Of a DNA stretch of 64,000 nucleotides, positions 40,202 through 51,331 are shown piece by piece (the stretch's first letter is position 1; every line of letters starts with the position of its first letter). The position numbers were made by a program, and so were the translations under genes. This DNA is from an uncultured virus (IMG/VR IMGVR_UViG_3300024518_004509) (taxonomy: Duplodnaviria > Heunggongvirae > Uroviricota > Caudoviricetes): IMG/VR virus record IMGVR_UViG_3300024518_004509, one strand, 5' to 3'. The notes beneath the pieces are model-generated. The model saw only the letters and a program-made list of their open reading frames with translations, had not been told where the DNA came from and ran no database searches.

Positions 40202-40519
40202 AATTCAAAAAAGGGGATGAAGTAAAATTAATAAAGTACAACCAAAAAGGTACTGTTATCAGATGTACAAAAGATATGGTCTGGTGTACAATTGGATTTG
40301 GAAAAACCAAAGTACCATTTGCTCATCCTGATAATGTAGAACTTGTAAATAAACAATAATGAAGTACAATTTAACTATCAATGAAATAATGGCACTTGTA
40401 GATGAAGTTTATGGACCTACAACTCAAGATGATTTTGAAGTATATCTCAAAGCTCATGATTTTAGTAATGATACTGATATTTATATAGCAATTGAACAAT
40501 ATTTAAAACAAAAAATCTA

Positions 40520-40999
40520 ATGATAAACGAAAAAATTAGAAAAGCAATTGAAGAATCTCTGTCATCTCAGATGAGTGGAGTTCTTCTTGAACGTCTCAAA
40601 GACCTTGAATTAAAGGAAACTAGATTAGAAGCTGCAGGAAAAGAAAATGCAACTCTTAAAGAAAATCTTCGACTTATGACCATTAAACGTGATGATTTGA
40701 AGTATATCATAAATGAAAAAGCAGCTATTGCAAAAAGCAGAAAAGCTCTTGACAATGATCAAAAAGTATTTGCCGTTGATAAACAAGTCAGTGAATTGAA
40801 AGTTTTAATGCAGGGAGAAAAAGTTAATCTAATGAACAATTTAGTTGGACTGCTTATGAAAAATCCTAAAGCTGTTACATTTATGAGTACTGATAATGTA
40901 AGAGGTATAACTCATTACAATACTGATGGTAGTCAAAGTTATGAACCTAATCTTGGTTCTGAAACAAGAATACATACTGAAAATAAGAAAGAAAATTAA
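40520..40999 (+). CDS. Coiled-coil hypothetical protein
   Basis: 159 aa ORF. Confidence 0.6.
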   Translation: MINEKIRKAIEESLSSQMSGVLLERLKDLELKETRLEAAGKENATLKENLRLMTIKRDDLKYIINEKAAIAKSRKALDNDQKVFAVDKQVSELKVLMQGEKVNLMNNLVGLLMKNPKAVTFMSTDNVRGITHYNTDGSQSYEPNLGSETRIHTENKKEN

Positions 41000-42336
41000 T
41001 GGAACAGGATATACGACATGATGAACAGCAAAAGGTTGTTCAACTCTATCATCAGCGTGCACCACTTAAATGTACTCTGGTACTCAGTACGGGACTTGGA
41101 AAAAGTAAAATAGCCATTGATATTCTTAAAGAAGAGGATCCGGTAGCAATCATCATCTTGGTAAACTCTACCATTTTGAGAGATTACAACTGGAAAGCTG
41201 AATTTGAGAAGTTTGATGCTATGGACCTTTTTTCAAGAACCCAACTGGTTACGTATCAGGCTGCATATAAGTGGAAAGCATCTGAAGTGGATTTGACAGA
41301 TACTTTTGTAATAGCTGATGAGGTGGATTTCGCAGGAGATACTGATGAATTGGCAAAGTTCTTCTATCAATATCCGTATAACAAGACTTTAGGGCTTACA
41401 GGTTTTATAACCGATGGAAAGAAAGAGTGGTTTAAAACTTATCTTCCAGTGTTAACTGAACTAACGGCCGCTGATGCACAGGATCAGGGAATCCTGAACA
41501 ATCTTCATTTTGTATTTGTCAAATATGATTTATCTGACAATCCCAGTGATGTTGTAATAGAATACAAGCGTGCAGGACAGACAAAGTCCTTTACTCGCAG
41601 TGAGAATAACGCCTATGATTATCAGAACAAACAAGTTCAAAGTGTTCTTATAAAGATGTCAGAACTTCGCAAGGAACTGTTATCCGGTGATATTGATATC
41701 CAGGACTTTATGCGTGAGAACAACTCTTTGGAGTATAAGATGAAGATGGCTTCCATGAAACGTGGAGACCTTTTGCTTAATTCCAAGAGTTCTCAACGTA
41801 TGACAAGGAAACTGCTTAAATATCTTCTGGGAACACAGCCTGACAGTAAGATCATAATCTTTTCGAAGAGGACTCTGCAGTCACAGGCTATCTGTGGAGA
41901 TGACAATATGTACAACGGACTGATACCAAAGAAGAGAGCCAATCAAAATTTCCTTGATTTCAAGAATGGACTCTTAAGGTATTTGGGCGTTTGTGACAAG
42001 GTAAACCGTGGTGTCAATATAGATGAATTGAATATAGCAATTCTGGAAACCTTTTACGGTTCTGACACACAAGCTACTCAACGGTTTGGAAGGATGATGA
42101 GACTGAAACCTGATGAGATGGCTACTATATATGTTCTTTTGCCATATTACATGCGAGAAGAACGTCAACGTAAGAATGAAGATGATGAAAGTTTCAAAAA
42201 ACGCGCGAAGTTTACTGTTCAGGAAACTCAACAAGTTAAATGGGCTACCAATATGCTTCGCAGTACAACCATTAAATCATATGCTGTCTGGGACTACCGG
42301 ATAGTGAAAGAAAATAAAACCAATGACCAAAGATGA
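40999..42336 (+). CDS. Superfamily 2 helicase
   Basis: STGLGKS, IADEVD, LGLTG, NRGVNI and QRFGRMMR motifs. Confidence 0.88.
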   Translation: MEQDIRHDEQQKVVQLYHQRAPLKCTLVLSTGLGKSKIAIDILKEEDPVAIIILVNSTILRDYNWKAEFEKFDAMDLFSRTQLVTYQAAYKWKASEVDLTDTFVIADEVDFAGDTDELAKFFYQYPYNKTLGLTGFITDGKKEWFKTYLPVLTELTAADAQDQGILNNLHFVFVKYDLSDNPSDVVIEYKRAGQTKSFTRSENNAYDYQNKQVQSVLIKMSELRKELLSGDIDIQDFMRENNSLEYKMKMASMKRGDLLLNSKSSQRMTRKLLKYLLGTQPDSKIIIFSKRTLQSQAICGDDNMYNGLIPKKRANQNFLDFKNGLLRYLGVCDKVNRGVNIDELNIAILETFYGSDTQATQRFGRMMRLKPDEMATIYVLLPYYMREERQRKNEDDESFKKRAKFTVQETQQVKWATNMLRSTTIKSYAVWDYRIVKENKTNDQR

Positions 42337-42865
42337 AATATTAAAAAAACTAGAGTCTTTAGGGTTGATAACAGTTATTAACTCTATGTATTTTATTACG
42401 GAAAAGTATAAGGAGCTTTTAAGTAAAGCTGCCACTATACCATTGAAATCCGAGATACCTGTAAACAAACAGCTCTTGGATTATGATGAAATTTTGAACA
42501 CTGATGGAAGTGCCACATCCTGGCCTTCCGACATTGAACACACTACAGGAAGAACTCGTGCAGAAGCATTCATGAATGCTGCGAACATCCCTGAGATGGG
42601 TGGTATTGCTCCCAGAGTATATCGCCTGAGAGGTTTACCAAAAGAATGTTTGACCATTATAGATAACATTATAAACAATAAAGATGTAAGCCCTATATCA
42701 ATGATAAAAGCCATTGAGATATATTACAAGTACACGGAAATGCCTAAATCCTTCAAGAATTTACTCTTGGAAGGAGAAGTCATCAACTTGTACCATGAAT
42801 ATATCAAGGGTACATTGATAAAGAACATCAAACCTAAAGACAATACTTCACAGAAATGGAATTAA
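42323..42865 (+). CDS. Hypothetical protein (possible helicase loader)
   Basis: 180 aa overlapping both helicase genes. Function inferred from position only. Confidence 0.55.
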   Translation: MTKDEILKKLESLGLITVINSMYFITEKYKELLSKAATIPLKSEIPVNKQLLDYDEILNTDGSATSWPSDIEHTTGRTRAEAFMNAANIPEMGGIAPRVYRLRGLPKECLTIIDNIINNKDVSPISMIKAIEIYYKYTEMPKSFKNLLLEGEVINLYHEYIKGTLIKNIKPKDNTSQKWN

Positions 42866-44082
42866 ATGACAAGTACAAGGATGGATTCCTTGCACAGCTT
42901 GAAGCTTCTCAGAGAGGGGAAGTGACTTATATTCCTATTCATCTTGAACGTATTGGCAAATCCTTTAATCTTATGCAATCAAGGTACACGCTTATTTTTG
43001 GAGCTACAGGTGCCGGTAAGACCAGTATTGCAGATGAAACTTTTGTATTGCGCCCATATGATTATCTCAAGAACAATACTGAGAACATCCATTGGGAAGT
43101 TCTGTATTTTTCTCTGGAACGTAAACAAATGTTCAAACATGCTAAATGGATCTCATGGATGCTGTACAGAGACAAAGGAATGCAAGTGGGACCTGATCAA
43201 ATCATGGGATGGGGTGAAGAGGGAGCTTTGAACAGTGCAGGATACCAGATTGTACGTTCTTATGATGAGGAAATGACCAACCTTTTGGACCATATGCAAA
43301 TTTATGATGGTAAAGTATCTGCTGAAGTAGTTCGCAGAGCCATCAACAGAAGAGCACATGACCTAGGAACTTATTACTATACTGATGAAATAGGATTATG
43401 TATAGGAGAAGATGAATCTTATGTCAAGGTATTCAGTGATGAGAACCTTGTAAAGAAAACCAAGACGGGAGACCGTAAATATATATTGTGGGAACATCAA
43501 GGGAAGAAATTCCGATTGTATGAAGATGACTACAAATATTTTATGAAGAACCCTAAAACATTCATATTTATAGTAATTGATGGTATCAACCTTTTAGGAA
43601 GTAAGGATGTCATTGACACTATAAGTGTAGAAGTTGCAGATGCAAGAGATAAATTTGGCTTTTCCCCTGTAATAGTCACACAACAAAATAGATCGTTGGG
43701 TGATATTCAAAGATTGAAATTACATGGAGAAGACCTTTCACCTCAACTTGAGGATATATTCAAATCTTCCCAGATGGGATTTGACGCTGACTTGGTTCTC
43801 GGGTTGTTTGACCCGTTACAATACAAAGCGTACGATTCAGAAGGCAGGTACGACGGATATATTGTCAAACAGGGAGATGATGGCATAACAGGGAGTATGC
43901 AAACACCTTCAGGACATGGACGATTTCGATCGGTACACATACTGAAGAACTCATTTGGGCCTAATGGTGCCAAATACGGTTTGAAGTTCTTAGGAGAATC
44001 AAACTATTTTGAAACCTTGCCGTTCCCTGACGATGAAGCTAAAATGAGTGAAATTTATATGAAAATCAGACAAGGACTTTAA
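42856..44082 (+). CDS. DnaB-like replicative helicase
   Basis: GATGAGKT, YFSLE, IVIDGI, VTQQNR, DADLVLGL and LKNSFG motifs. Confidence 0.85.
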   Translation: MELNDKYKDGFLAQLEASQRGEVTYIPIHLERIGKSFNLMQSRYTLIFGATGAGKTSIADETFVLRPYDYLKNNTENIHWEVLYFSLERKQMFKHAKWISWMLYRDKGMQVGPDQIMGWGEEGALNSAGYQIVRSYDEEMTNLLDHMQIYDGKVSAEVVRRAINRRAHDLGTYYYTDEIGLCIGEDESYVKVFSDENLVKKTKTGDRKYILWEHQGKKFRLYEDDYKYFMKNPKTFIFIVIDGINLLGSKDVIDTISVEVADARDKFGFSPVIVTQQNRSLGDIQRLKLHGEDLSPQLEDIFKSSQMGFDADLVLGLFDPLQYKAYDSEGRYDGYIVKQGDDGITGSMQTPSGHGRFRSVHILKNSFGPNGAKYGLKFLGESNYFETLPFPDDEAKMSEIYMKIRQGL

Positions 44083-44126
44083 CAAAAAAGTCGTATATTT
44101 AATAACTTTTTAAACAACTTAAAATC

Positions 44127-44855
44127 ATGGCAGAACTAATTCTCTATATAGGGGACAGTGGAGTAGGTAAATCCACATCGCTACGAAATTTACCACCAGA
44201 AGACACTATCATATTGACACCTAACGGCAAATCGTTGCCATTTCCCGGTGGAAATAATTATGTCAGAGGAACAAATCTATTTGTAAACAATAACCTGAAA
44301 GATGGCTCTGATACACCTCAGAATGAACTTGAAAAACTAGATGTTCAGGATTTCATCAAGCAGGTTGCTGACAATACCAAAAAGAAATATCTTGTCATAG
44401 AAGATTTTACACATTTCTTCTCTGCGAGAATATTTTCAGATTCTTTTCTGGCACAGAATACAGGTAATGCTGCTTTTCAGCGTTGGAATCAGTTTGGAGC
44501 TGATGTATTTCAAGCCATTTTCGAAAAATCTCAGGATCTCAGAGATGACCTGTACATTATCATCCTGCATCATACTGATGTAAAGGACAATGGTACTATA
44601 GGGTTTAAGTCTCCGGGCAGATTGCTTGACAATACTATTGATGTTCCAAGCTATTTTGTATATGCTTTACATGGAATTGTAGAAGATGGAGAGTCAGGAA
44701 CTCGTTATCTTATCCAAACCAACAAAGACACCATAAGACAAGCTAAAACACCTTATGGATGCTTCAAAGAAATGAAATTACCAAATGACCTGAAACCTAT
44801 TCTTGATAGAATTGATGACTTCCGTAGTGGAAAAGTCAAGGTAGAATGGAAATAA
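44127..44855 (+). CDS. AAA_24 / Sak4-like P-loop ATPase
   Basis: GDSGVGKSTSLRNL, LVIED, AKTPYG and PNDL motifs. Confidence 0.8.
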   Translation: MAELILYIGDSGVGKSTSLRNLPPEDTIILTPNGKSLPFPGGNNYVRGTNLFVNNNLKDGSDTPQNELEKLDVQDFIKQVADNTKKKYLVIEDFTHFFSARIFSDSFLAQNTGNAAFQRWNQFGADVFQAIFEKSQDLRDDLYIIILHHTDVKDNGTIGFKSPGRLLDNTIDVPSYFVYALHGIVEDGESGTRYLIQTNKDTIRQAKTPYGCFKEMKLPNDLKPILDRIDDFRSGKVKVEWK

Positions 44856-44884
44856 TTAATAACCTTTAATACTTAAAATAAAAT

Positions 44885-45697
44885 ATGTCATTAATTAAAG
44901 TGGGTATCCACGAAAATTTAGTTTTATCTTCAAAAACCAAGATAAACGAACACGGAACTTTAGAACTTGTAATAGGTAATGTCGAATCAGAAGATGCTCT
45001 TATGGAAGCTTTCCAGAACAGTACTGTACTCGATACAATGGAATCTTCATTAAGGTTCTATCCACCATCTCTTACAGATTTTGAAAAGAATAAGAAAACA
45101 GCGGCCGATATTGGCAAAGAACTGTTGGTGATGAGGTATCAGTTCATGCAATATGCACTGTTGTATACTACCAAAGAAGTAGTTGATAAGGAATTAGGTG
45201 GTACGGTAATGTTTGAAGGATTAGGTATTCCACCTGCAGATTATCCAAAAGCATTGACTATGCTGAACCAAGAGAAATTTCTACATAAGATTTGTACAAA
45301 TCTTGCCAATAAATTTGTAGCCTTTCTTAAAAAACTGGATGCTTTCAATGGAAAAGTACTCTTCAGACAAAAATTCTTACGTCAGTCAAAAGACAAGAAC
45401 TTTGCTGTTATTCCTAACTCAACATTTGATGTTTGGATAGAGCCTATGACCATTACTGCAGAGCAATCCAAGATAGCTTTCTCTGAATGGGAAATCAAAA
45501 ACAAGAGAAATGATCCAAATCCTGGTAAAGCCGATGACAAGCAATCTACCAAGAAAGATGTCAAGAAAGCAGACAATCTGTTCAATGCTGATTCAGACAC
45601 AACAGAAGAAAAAGAATCTGAAGTTGTAACTGACAAAAATGAAGCTGTAGAAGATAAATCAGAAAAACCTGATTTGTTCAAAGCTGAAAAAGAATAA
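44885..45697 (+). CDS. Putative ssDNA-binding protein
   Basis: Follows the Sak4-like ATPase and has an acidic tail with DLF. Positional inference. Confidence 0.45.
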   Translation: MSLIKVGIHENLVLSSKTKINEHGTLELVIGNVESEDALMEAFQNSTVLDTMESSLRFYPPSLTDFEKNKKTAADIGKELLVMRYQFMQYALLYTTKEVVDKELGGTVMFEGLGIPPADYPKALTMLNQEKFLHKICTNLANKFVAFLKKLDAFNGKVLFRQKFLRQSKDKNFAVIPNSTFDVWIEPMTITAEQSKIAFSEWEIKNKRNDPNPGKADDKQSTKKDVKKADNLFNADSDTTEEKESEVVTDKNEAVEDKSEKPDLFKAEKE

Positions 45698-45706
45698 CAT
45701 ATACTT

Positions 45707-45737
45707 AAAGCGTCAGCTTTAAGTTGACGCTTTTTTT
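45707..45737 (+). terminator. Intrinsic terminator
   Basis: AAAGCGTCAGCTT-T-AAGTTGACGCTTT followed by T-tract. Confidence 0.7.
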
Positions 45738-45741
45738 GACT

Positions 45742-46788
45742 ATGGACGATATTTTACAAAGCTATGTAGACAAAAACGCCCTTAGTAAAAAAGCAATTCT
45801 CAGGTATGTAGACGATTATTCCATTTACAGTAAATATATAGGAGAAGAATTGGAACTGTATACCAAGTATAGCTCACCTTTACGCAAAGGGGATGACGAC
45901 CCTAGCTTCTCTATTTATTACAGTAAATACAGGGAAGATAAGATACTTTTCAAAGACCAGAGTACCGGTAAGTACGGAGATGTATTCGATTTTGTGCAAG
46001 AACTTATGGAGAATGGTGAACTGCCACCAATGAAAACTGTACTGTTGCAGATAAACAGTGATTTTGGACTGGGGCTTACAGATGAAGAGGTAAAGGATTT
46101 CAAACCTAAACTCTTGAAAAAAGCACCCCCCAAGAAAAGTCCTACTAAAATTGAGATCACAGCACATCCCATACCCACTAAAGAGTATGTGGATTACTGG
46201 AATTTCCTTGAAGTAAGCAGTGCTACACTACAAAGGTATTACACTAGAAATGTACGTGTGATTCATTATAAACATGATGATTCCCATATAACAATAGTTC
46301 CCAAAGACCTGACAATAAGTTATGAGATCCTCGGGCACTATAAGACCTACCAACCTTTTGGTGACAGGAAATACAAATTCCGAAATGATTATCTGGACAC
46401 TTATGTTGAAGGGGCAATACAGTTACCATTTAAGAAAGATTTTGCAATCATAACCAAGAGTACCAAGGAATGCATATTCTTTTGGGAACATTTTAAGTGG
46501 GAGTGTATAGCAGGAAAGTCTGAAAATACACCTATCAATCCTTATTTCATGAAGGAAGTTCTACACAAACAATATAAACGTGTATTTATCTGGCTTGATC
46601 CGGATAAAGCCGGGGCAGCAGCTCAAAGTCGATACATTGAACAGTACCCGTGGCTGGAACCGATAGTGTTTCATGACAGTATAAAGGAGAAAGATCCTAC
46701 AGACCTGTTCACACAGGCAAAAAGAAGAGGCCAAAGAGATTTAGCCCTTAAATATTTAGAGAATTTAATAACACATAAACTAAAATAA
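45742..46788 (+). CDS. DNA primase (crAss-type, TOPRIM)
   Basis: SPLR..DDDPSF, FKD...GDVFDFV, ITKS.KE, DPDKAG and KDPTD motifs. Start MDDILQ. Confidence 0.85.
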   Translation: MDDILQSYVDKNALSKKAILRYVDDYSIYSKYIGEELELYTKYSSPLRKGDDDPSFSIYYSKYREDKILFKDQSTGKYGDVFDFVQELMENGELPPMKTVLLQINSDFGLGLTDEEVKDFKPKLLKKAPPKKSPTKIEITAHPIPTKEYVDYWNFLEVSSATLQRYYTRNVRVIHYKHDDSHITIVPKDLTISYEILGHYKTYQPFGDRKYKFRNDYLDTYVEGAIQLPFKKDFAIITKSTKECIFFWEHFKWECIAGKSENTPINPYFMKEVLHKQYKRVFIWLDPDKAGAAAQSRYIEQYPWLEPIVFHDSIKEKDPTDLFTQAKRRGQRDLALKYLENLITHKLK

Positions 46789-46791
46789 ATT

Positions 46792-49314
46792 ATGGCAGAA
46801 CTTAAAGTTGTCGAACAACAACGTCCCGGCATACTTAAGGAAATAGACGAAGGAGCAATTGACCTTGTATTCCAAGCTATCCAAGAAGACATTTATTCTT
46901 ATCCTATAAAAAGCTTTGTAAGAGAAGCGATCAGCAATGGACTTGATGCGATTATCGAAAGAGGTATTCACAAAGACATTCAACACGGACATCCTGTAGA
47001 AAGATTCTACAGACAACAACAAGACGGTAAATTACTGAAAGATTCTGAATATGATGAATCTTATTACAGTGAAAAGCATTTATCATCTGATGATATGGTT
47101 CATGTTGAATACCATGTAGATTCACCAAGAGACAATATTCGTATAAAGGATTTTGGTGTAGGACTTGGTGGAGAACGCTTGAAAGGGTTTTTCAAATTGG
47201 GTTACTCTTCCAAGAGAAACATGAAAAACGTGATAGGAAAATTTGGATCCGGAGCCAAGGCAGGACTTGCAACAGGAGTGGAATATTTCATCATGAATAC
47301 CACTTATAATGGATATAAGACATCCTTTATGATATTCAAGAATGATTATGAAGCAATCACTATCAATACACCTACAGGTAAGGAAGAAGTGTGGAATGTC
47401 AAGATGTCTGATGGAACTTCTCACAAGAAATCTATTTTCTGGGAAAGAACTCATAAGGATAACTCTGTAGAGATTATCCTTGAAGTTAAAAAACACAATA
47501 AAAACGCGTTTATAGACGCAGTAAAAGACCAATTTCAGTATTTTAACGGTAAAGTAAGACTCTCTACACCTGATGGTGTGGAATTTCTTGATGAAAAGCC
47601 GTTATATGAATCTGAAAACCTGCTCATTCCTAAATATTCCACCTATACCACACCACATATTCTAGTGGACGGTATAGCTTATGGGCCTATTTCATGGGAT
47701 GAACTTGAACTTGAGAACCGTAAAGGTAAACTTGCAATTAAAGTACATGCTACTGATGTAGACATTACTCAGTCAAGAGAATCTTTGAAATGGACAGAAA
47801 AGACAAAACTTGTTATCCTGCACGCTATCAAAAGAGCTGAAGATGAAGCACAGGAATACATCACATCCTTATTGGAAGTGAGTAATACTGAGAATCTCTT
47901 TGAGCTTAACAATACCTATGGAAGAATGACAGGAGAGAATGCAATATCATCAGTATTCTCGAAGTTCTTGAGTATGTTCAACATACGTCCTAAATGTAAT
48001 ATTACCAGTGAACATTTTCCAAGAACTGTTAAAGCTACCTTGAATGATTTTCTATATGAATTCTTGTTTTATAATTTTTCTGTAAAAAGAGTGAAAATGA
48101 ATTATAATAAAGACAGGGTCACTACATCTACAAAGACTGTAGAAAGTTTTGAGGATATGCGTGGGTACAAGATAGTATTTGCCAAAGATACTTCTCTGGG
48201 ACCACGTCTGGCTGAACACATCATGGAATATGAATATGGAGTAGGAAGTATACTGTATCTAAGGCAGAGAACTGACAGGCAAAAATATGTACTTGAATTT
48301 CACGGAAAAGATTATAATGTAAAGGATATTGATGCGTATATATTTGATTTATTGGGTAAATATGCTGACTTGAATTTGGATGATTACAATCCGGAATATG
48401 TCATAAAGGAAGATGATGGAGAGTTGGATGGTACTGAAGTAGGTGGTTCCAAGATTTCCCTGGCTAAACAACGTCGGGAAAATAAGGAAGTCCTGTATCA
48501 GTATTATTCAGATGTAGATATTGACAGAACTGATAACTATGATTCTTACAGTTATATATACCGGAAAGCAACTATCAAGATAAAAGATCTTGAAGAACAC
48601 TTTAAAGGTAAAAAAGTTGTCATTACTACCGGCAATTACAAAATGTTGGGTAAACTGGTTGAATGTACAGCTTTTATTTTCAATGAACTTGAAGATGTAC
48701 ACATAATTTACGTGTCTCAGGACAATGTAAAGCATTTTCTACCTTATGGTACCCTTATTACAGATTATTTCAGAACCGTTAATGAACAAACAGGAGAACT
48801 TATGATTGGAGAACACATCCGAGGTTTAAATACTTTAAGACTCTTCAGAGAGTTGGTAGATAAACACCCTAATATTGCCCAAAAAAGCAATATAATCAGT
48901 AACTTTACATCCCTTGATTTTAAACAGATAAAAACTCTTAGCAGGGATGCCATTGATTATGATCCACGAACTATTTTAGAGGAGGATTATGATATGAAAT
49001 CAAAGGTTCTTGATGATATATTTGCATATCTTGAAGGACTCACAGAATTTCAACATGTAGTTAAGACCGGTAACGCTAAAAAGATTGCCACTAAAGCAAA
49101 AGAATTATTTAATTCCGATAAAATTCACAACATCGATTCATATGATGAGGAATTTATAACATCAATAAGAGAGAACCTTGAAAGGTTAGTATCTGTTGAA
49201 CCAATACTTGGCCTTATACCTGAAACTCAAACAATTTCAGGAGAAGCCGTAAACTTAATTGAAGACTTAATAACACTTAAAACACAGAATAATGATAACA
49301 TTCAGAAATCTTGA
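46792..49314 (+). CDS. rIIA: rIIA-like protein (GHKL/HATPase N-terminus)
   Basis: IYSYPIKSFVREAISNGLDA, DFGVGL, SSKR, IGKFGSGAK and SRESL motifs. Followed by an rIIB-like gene. Confidence 0.8.
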   Translation: MAELKVVEQQRPGILKEIDEGAIDLVFQAIQEDIYSYPIKSFVREAISNGLDAIIERGIHKDIQHGHPVERFYRQQQDGKLLKDSEYDESYYSEKHLSSDDMVHVEYHVDSPRDNIRIKDFGVGLGGERLKGFFKLGYSSKRNMKNVIGKFGSGAKAGLATGVEYFIMNTTYNGYKTSFMIFKNDYEAITINTPTGKEEVWNVKMSDGTSHKKSIFWERTHKDNSVEIILEVKKHNKNAFIDAVKDQFQYFNGKVRLSTPDGVEFLDEKPLYESENLLIPKYSTYTTPHILVDGIAYGPISWDELELENRKGKLAIKVHATDVDITQSRESLKWTEKTKLVILHAIKRAEDEAQEYITSLLEVSNTENLFELNNTYGRMTGENAISSVFSKFLSMFNIRPKCNITSEHFPRTVKATLNDFLYEFLFYNFSVKRVKMNYNKDRVTTSTKTVESFEDMRGYKIVFAKDTSLGPRLAEHIMEYEYGVGSILYLRQRTDRQKYVLEFHGKDYNVKDIDAYIFDLLGKYADLNLDDYNPEYVIKEDDGELDGTEVGGSKISLAKQRRENKEVLYQYYSDVDIDRTDNYDSYSYIYRKATIKIKDLEEHFKGKKVVITTGNYKMLGKLVECTAFIFNELEDVHIIYVSQDNVKHFLPYGTLITDYFRTVNEQTGELMIGEHIRGLNTLRLFRELVDKHPNIAQKSNIISNFTSLDFKQIKTLSRDAIDYDPRTILEEDYDMKSKVLDDIFAYLEGLTEFQHVVKTGNAKKIATKAKELFNSDKIHNIDSYDEEFITSIRENLERLVSVEPILGLIPETQTISGEAVNLIEDLITLKTQNNDNIQKS

Positions 49315-50461
49315 ATCTACCATCGTAGGAACTGTCGATGGAAAACCGTTTAACATTGCACGTACTGAAGACAATGAAAAAGCCATACAAACATTTGCTG
49401 ATTCCAATGCAGGAATTGATGAAGTAATGGAATTTGTAAAGAGCACGCATTCTCAGGAAATAGCAGGCTCAAGTAAATATTTGATATTCAATCCTATCTC
49501 GAAAGAATATTACCTACAATTTGATAAATTCAGGTCTAAACAACCTATTCCTTGGCAATTACAGGCATACATTGAAGAATCTTATGACAAGAATTTGGAT
49601 TTCTTACCAGTTCTCAAAGCATGGGCGCGATTGTTAACCAATCCAAGATACACACCTGCTATGGCATCTTATTTTTCTACTTATATTTCCACATGTTATT
49701 TGGATAAAGCAGAAAAAACCAGACTTATGGAAGATGATTCCTTGGAGGAACAAACTGCTACCAATATAGCTACCTATCAGGATATTGCCATCACACAAGA
49801 AGGATTGTTGGCTACTTATAAAGTTGCTGAAATGGTTACTTGGAAATGGGTTATGGAAGCTGACGCTGATGGAGTATTTCACAAAGTTCAAAATCCTTTG
49901 TACAAGGTAATACCTGCAGTACTTGATCCTACAACCGGTACTGTACTGGAAGAAGAAAAAATAATTAAGCCTGCACATCTGGAAGAATTTCTTTTCACAC
50001 CTGCAATATGGAAAAGTGGAGATAAATTCTATTCAGGAAACAAACTAGGATATGTGTATAAAGTTGGTGAAGTTCAATCATTACCTAAAAATGCACGTAG
50101 AAACCTTAACAATTCCAATGGTGGTGGAGGTCTTTATATAGGAGGCTTAAACTATATTGAATTTTATAGAGGTGGAGACCACAATCATGTACTTACATGT
50201 TTTGTAGATCCTGCTGACATTCTTTCTTTTCAATCTGAAGGAAATGCCATTCGTGTAGATGCACTTATGCCTTACAATGTATGGGATGAAGAAGCTACTT
50301 TAAAAGGTATGTACCATTCTTCTGATTACGGTAAGATGTCTGCTGAAAGAGTAGATGAACTTATCAAGGAAGCTGTTGCAAATGACGTTGACATAATCAA
50401 AGAAACACAAAGAATCAACGATGCTCGCAATGCCGGTAGTTTAGAACTTGTTGAAGAGTAA
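49292..50461 (+). CDS. rIIB: rIIB-like protein
   Basis: ITQEGLLATYK, GLYIGGLNY and VDPADI motifs. Confidence 0.75.
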   Translation: MITFRNLESTIVGTVDGKPFNIARTEDNEKAIQTFADSNAGIDEVMEFVKSTHSQEIAGSSKYLIFNPISKEYYLQFDKFRSKQPIPWQLQAYIEESYDKNLDFLPVLKAWARLLTNPRYTPAMASYFSTYISTCYLDKAEKTRLMEDDSLEEQTATNIATYQDIAITQEGLLATYKVAEMVTWKWVMEADADGVFHKVQNPLYKVIPAVLDPTTGTVLEEEKIIKPAHLEEFLFTPAIWKSGDKFYSGNKLGYVYKVGEVQSLPKNARRNLNNSNGGGGLYIGGLNYIEFYRGGDHNHVLTCFVDPADILSFQSEGNAIRVDALMPYNVWDEEATLKGMYHSSDYGKMSAERVDELIKEAVANDVDIIKETQRINDARNAGSLELVEE

Positions 50462-50465
50462 TAAT

Positions 50466-51326
50466 ATGACCAGAGCAAAAACAGCATTGATTGATCTGGA
50501 CAGCATTATTCATATTGTTGCTCCAGTTCAATTTAAAGCAGGCAATCGGGATAACCCAATGATTACTGAAGCACATGTAAAACGCTTTGTTAATTCAGTG
50601 GTTGTAAATTCCGGTTGTCAATTTGCTATCATGTTCTATCAGGACATGAATCATCAAAATTTCAGGAATACAATCTTACCTGAGTACAAGAAACATCGCG
50701 TACCATCAGAAGCAGTATTACTTTGGAAACCTGTTATAATAAAGGTTTTCAAGGATATCAGAGCTCAGGCTTTGAAATACATAGAATCTGATGATGCAAT
50801 ATTTTTGTATTCTGAGATATTCGGGAAGGATTGTGTAATAGTTTCAGGGGATAAGGACATGTTCCAGATCCCTGGAACTCATTACAATCCTTATAAAAGG
50901 AACTTGACTCCTGAACAACGATGGAAAACTGTCACGAGAAGTGAAGCTGAAAAATTCTTTTGGATACAGGTATTATGTGGTGACTCCACAGACATGCCCA
51001 ACAATATGTGTGGAATTGAAGGTGTCGGACCTGCAACAGCTCTTAAGTTGTTGGACCAGGCTGACGTTGAAACTCCATACTCAAAGGTCATTCAGCAAGC
51101 CTATACCAAAAAGTATGGGTCTAAAGAAGGTTTTATCCGAGCCAACAGAACCTATAAAATGGTAAAGTTGCTCTCAAAGTATGGGTCAGAATATATCAAT
51201 GACAATGCAAAACAGGAAATGAAAACTCTTCTATTTGAAGAGGATCATATAACAATTCCTATTGAAGACGATGATATATCCTCCATGTTTGATTTACCGA
51301 ACAGTGAAAATTTATTTAATTCATAA
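50466..51326 (+). CDS. 5'-3' exonuclease / flap endonuclease
   Basis: IDLDS, FR..I.PEYK..R, ESDD, DKDMFQIPG, GDSTD and GVGPATA motifs. Confidence 0.9.
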   Translation: MTRAKTALIDLDSIIHIVAPVQFKAGNRDNPMITEAHVKRFVNSVVVNSGCQFAIMFYQDMNHQNFRNTILPEYKKHRVPSEAVLLWKPVIIKVFKDIRAQALKYIESDDAIFLYSEIFGKDCVIVSGDKDMFQIPGTHYNPYKRNLTPEQRWKTVTRSEAEKFFWIQVLCGDSTDMPNNMCGIEGVGPATALKLLDQADVETPYSKVIQQAYTKKYGSKEGFIRANRTYKMVKLLSKYGSEYINDNAKQEMKTLLFEEDHITIPIEDDDISSMFDLPNSENLFNS

Positions 51327-51331
51327 ACAAC

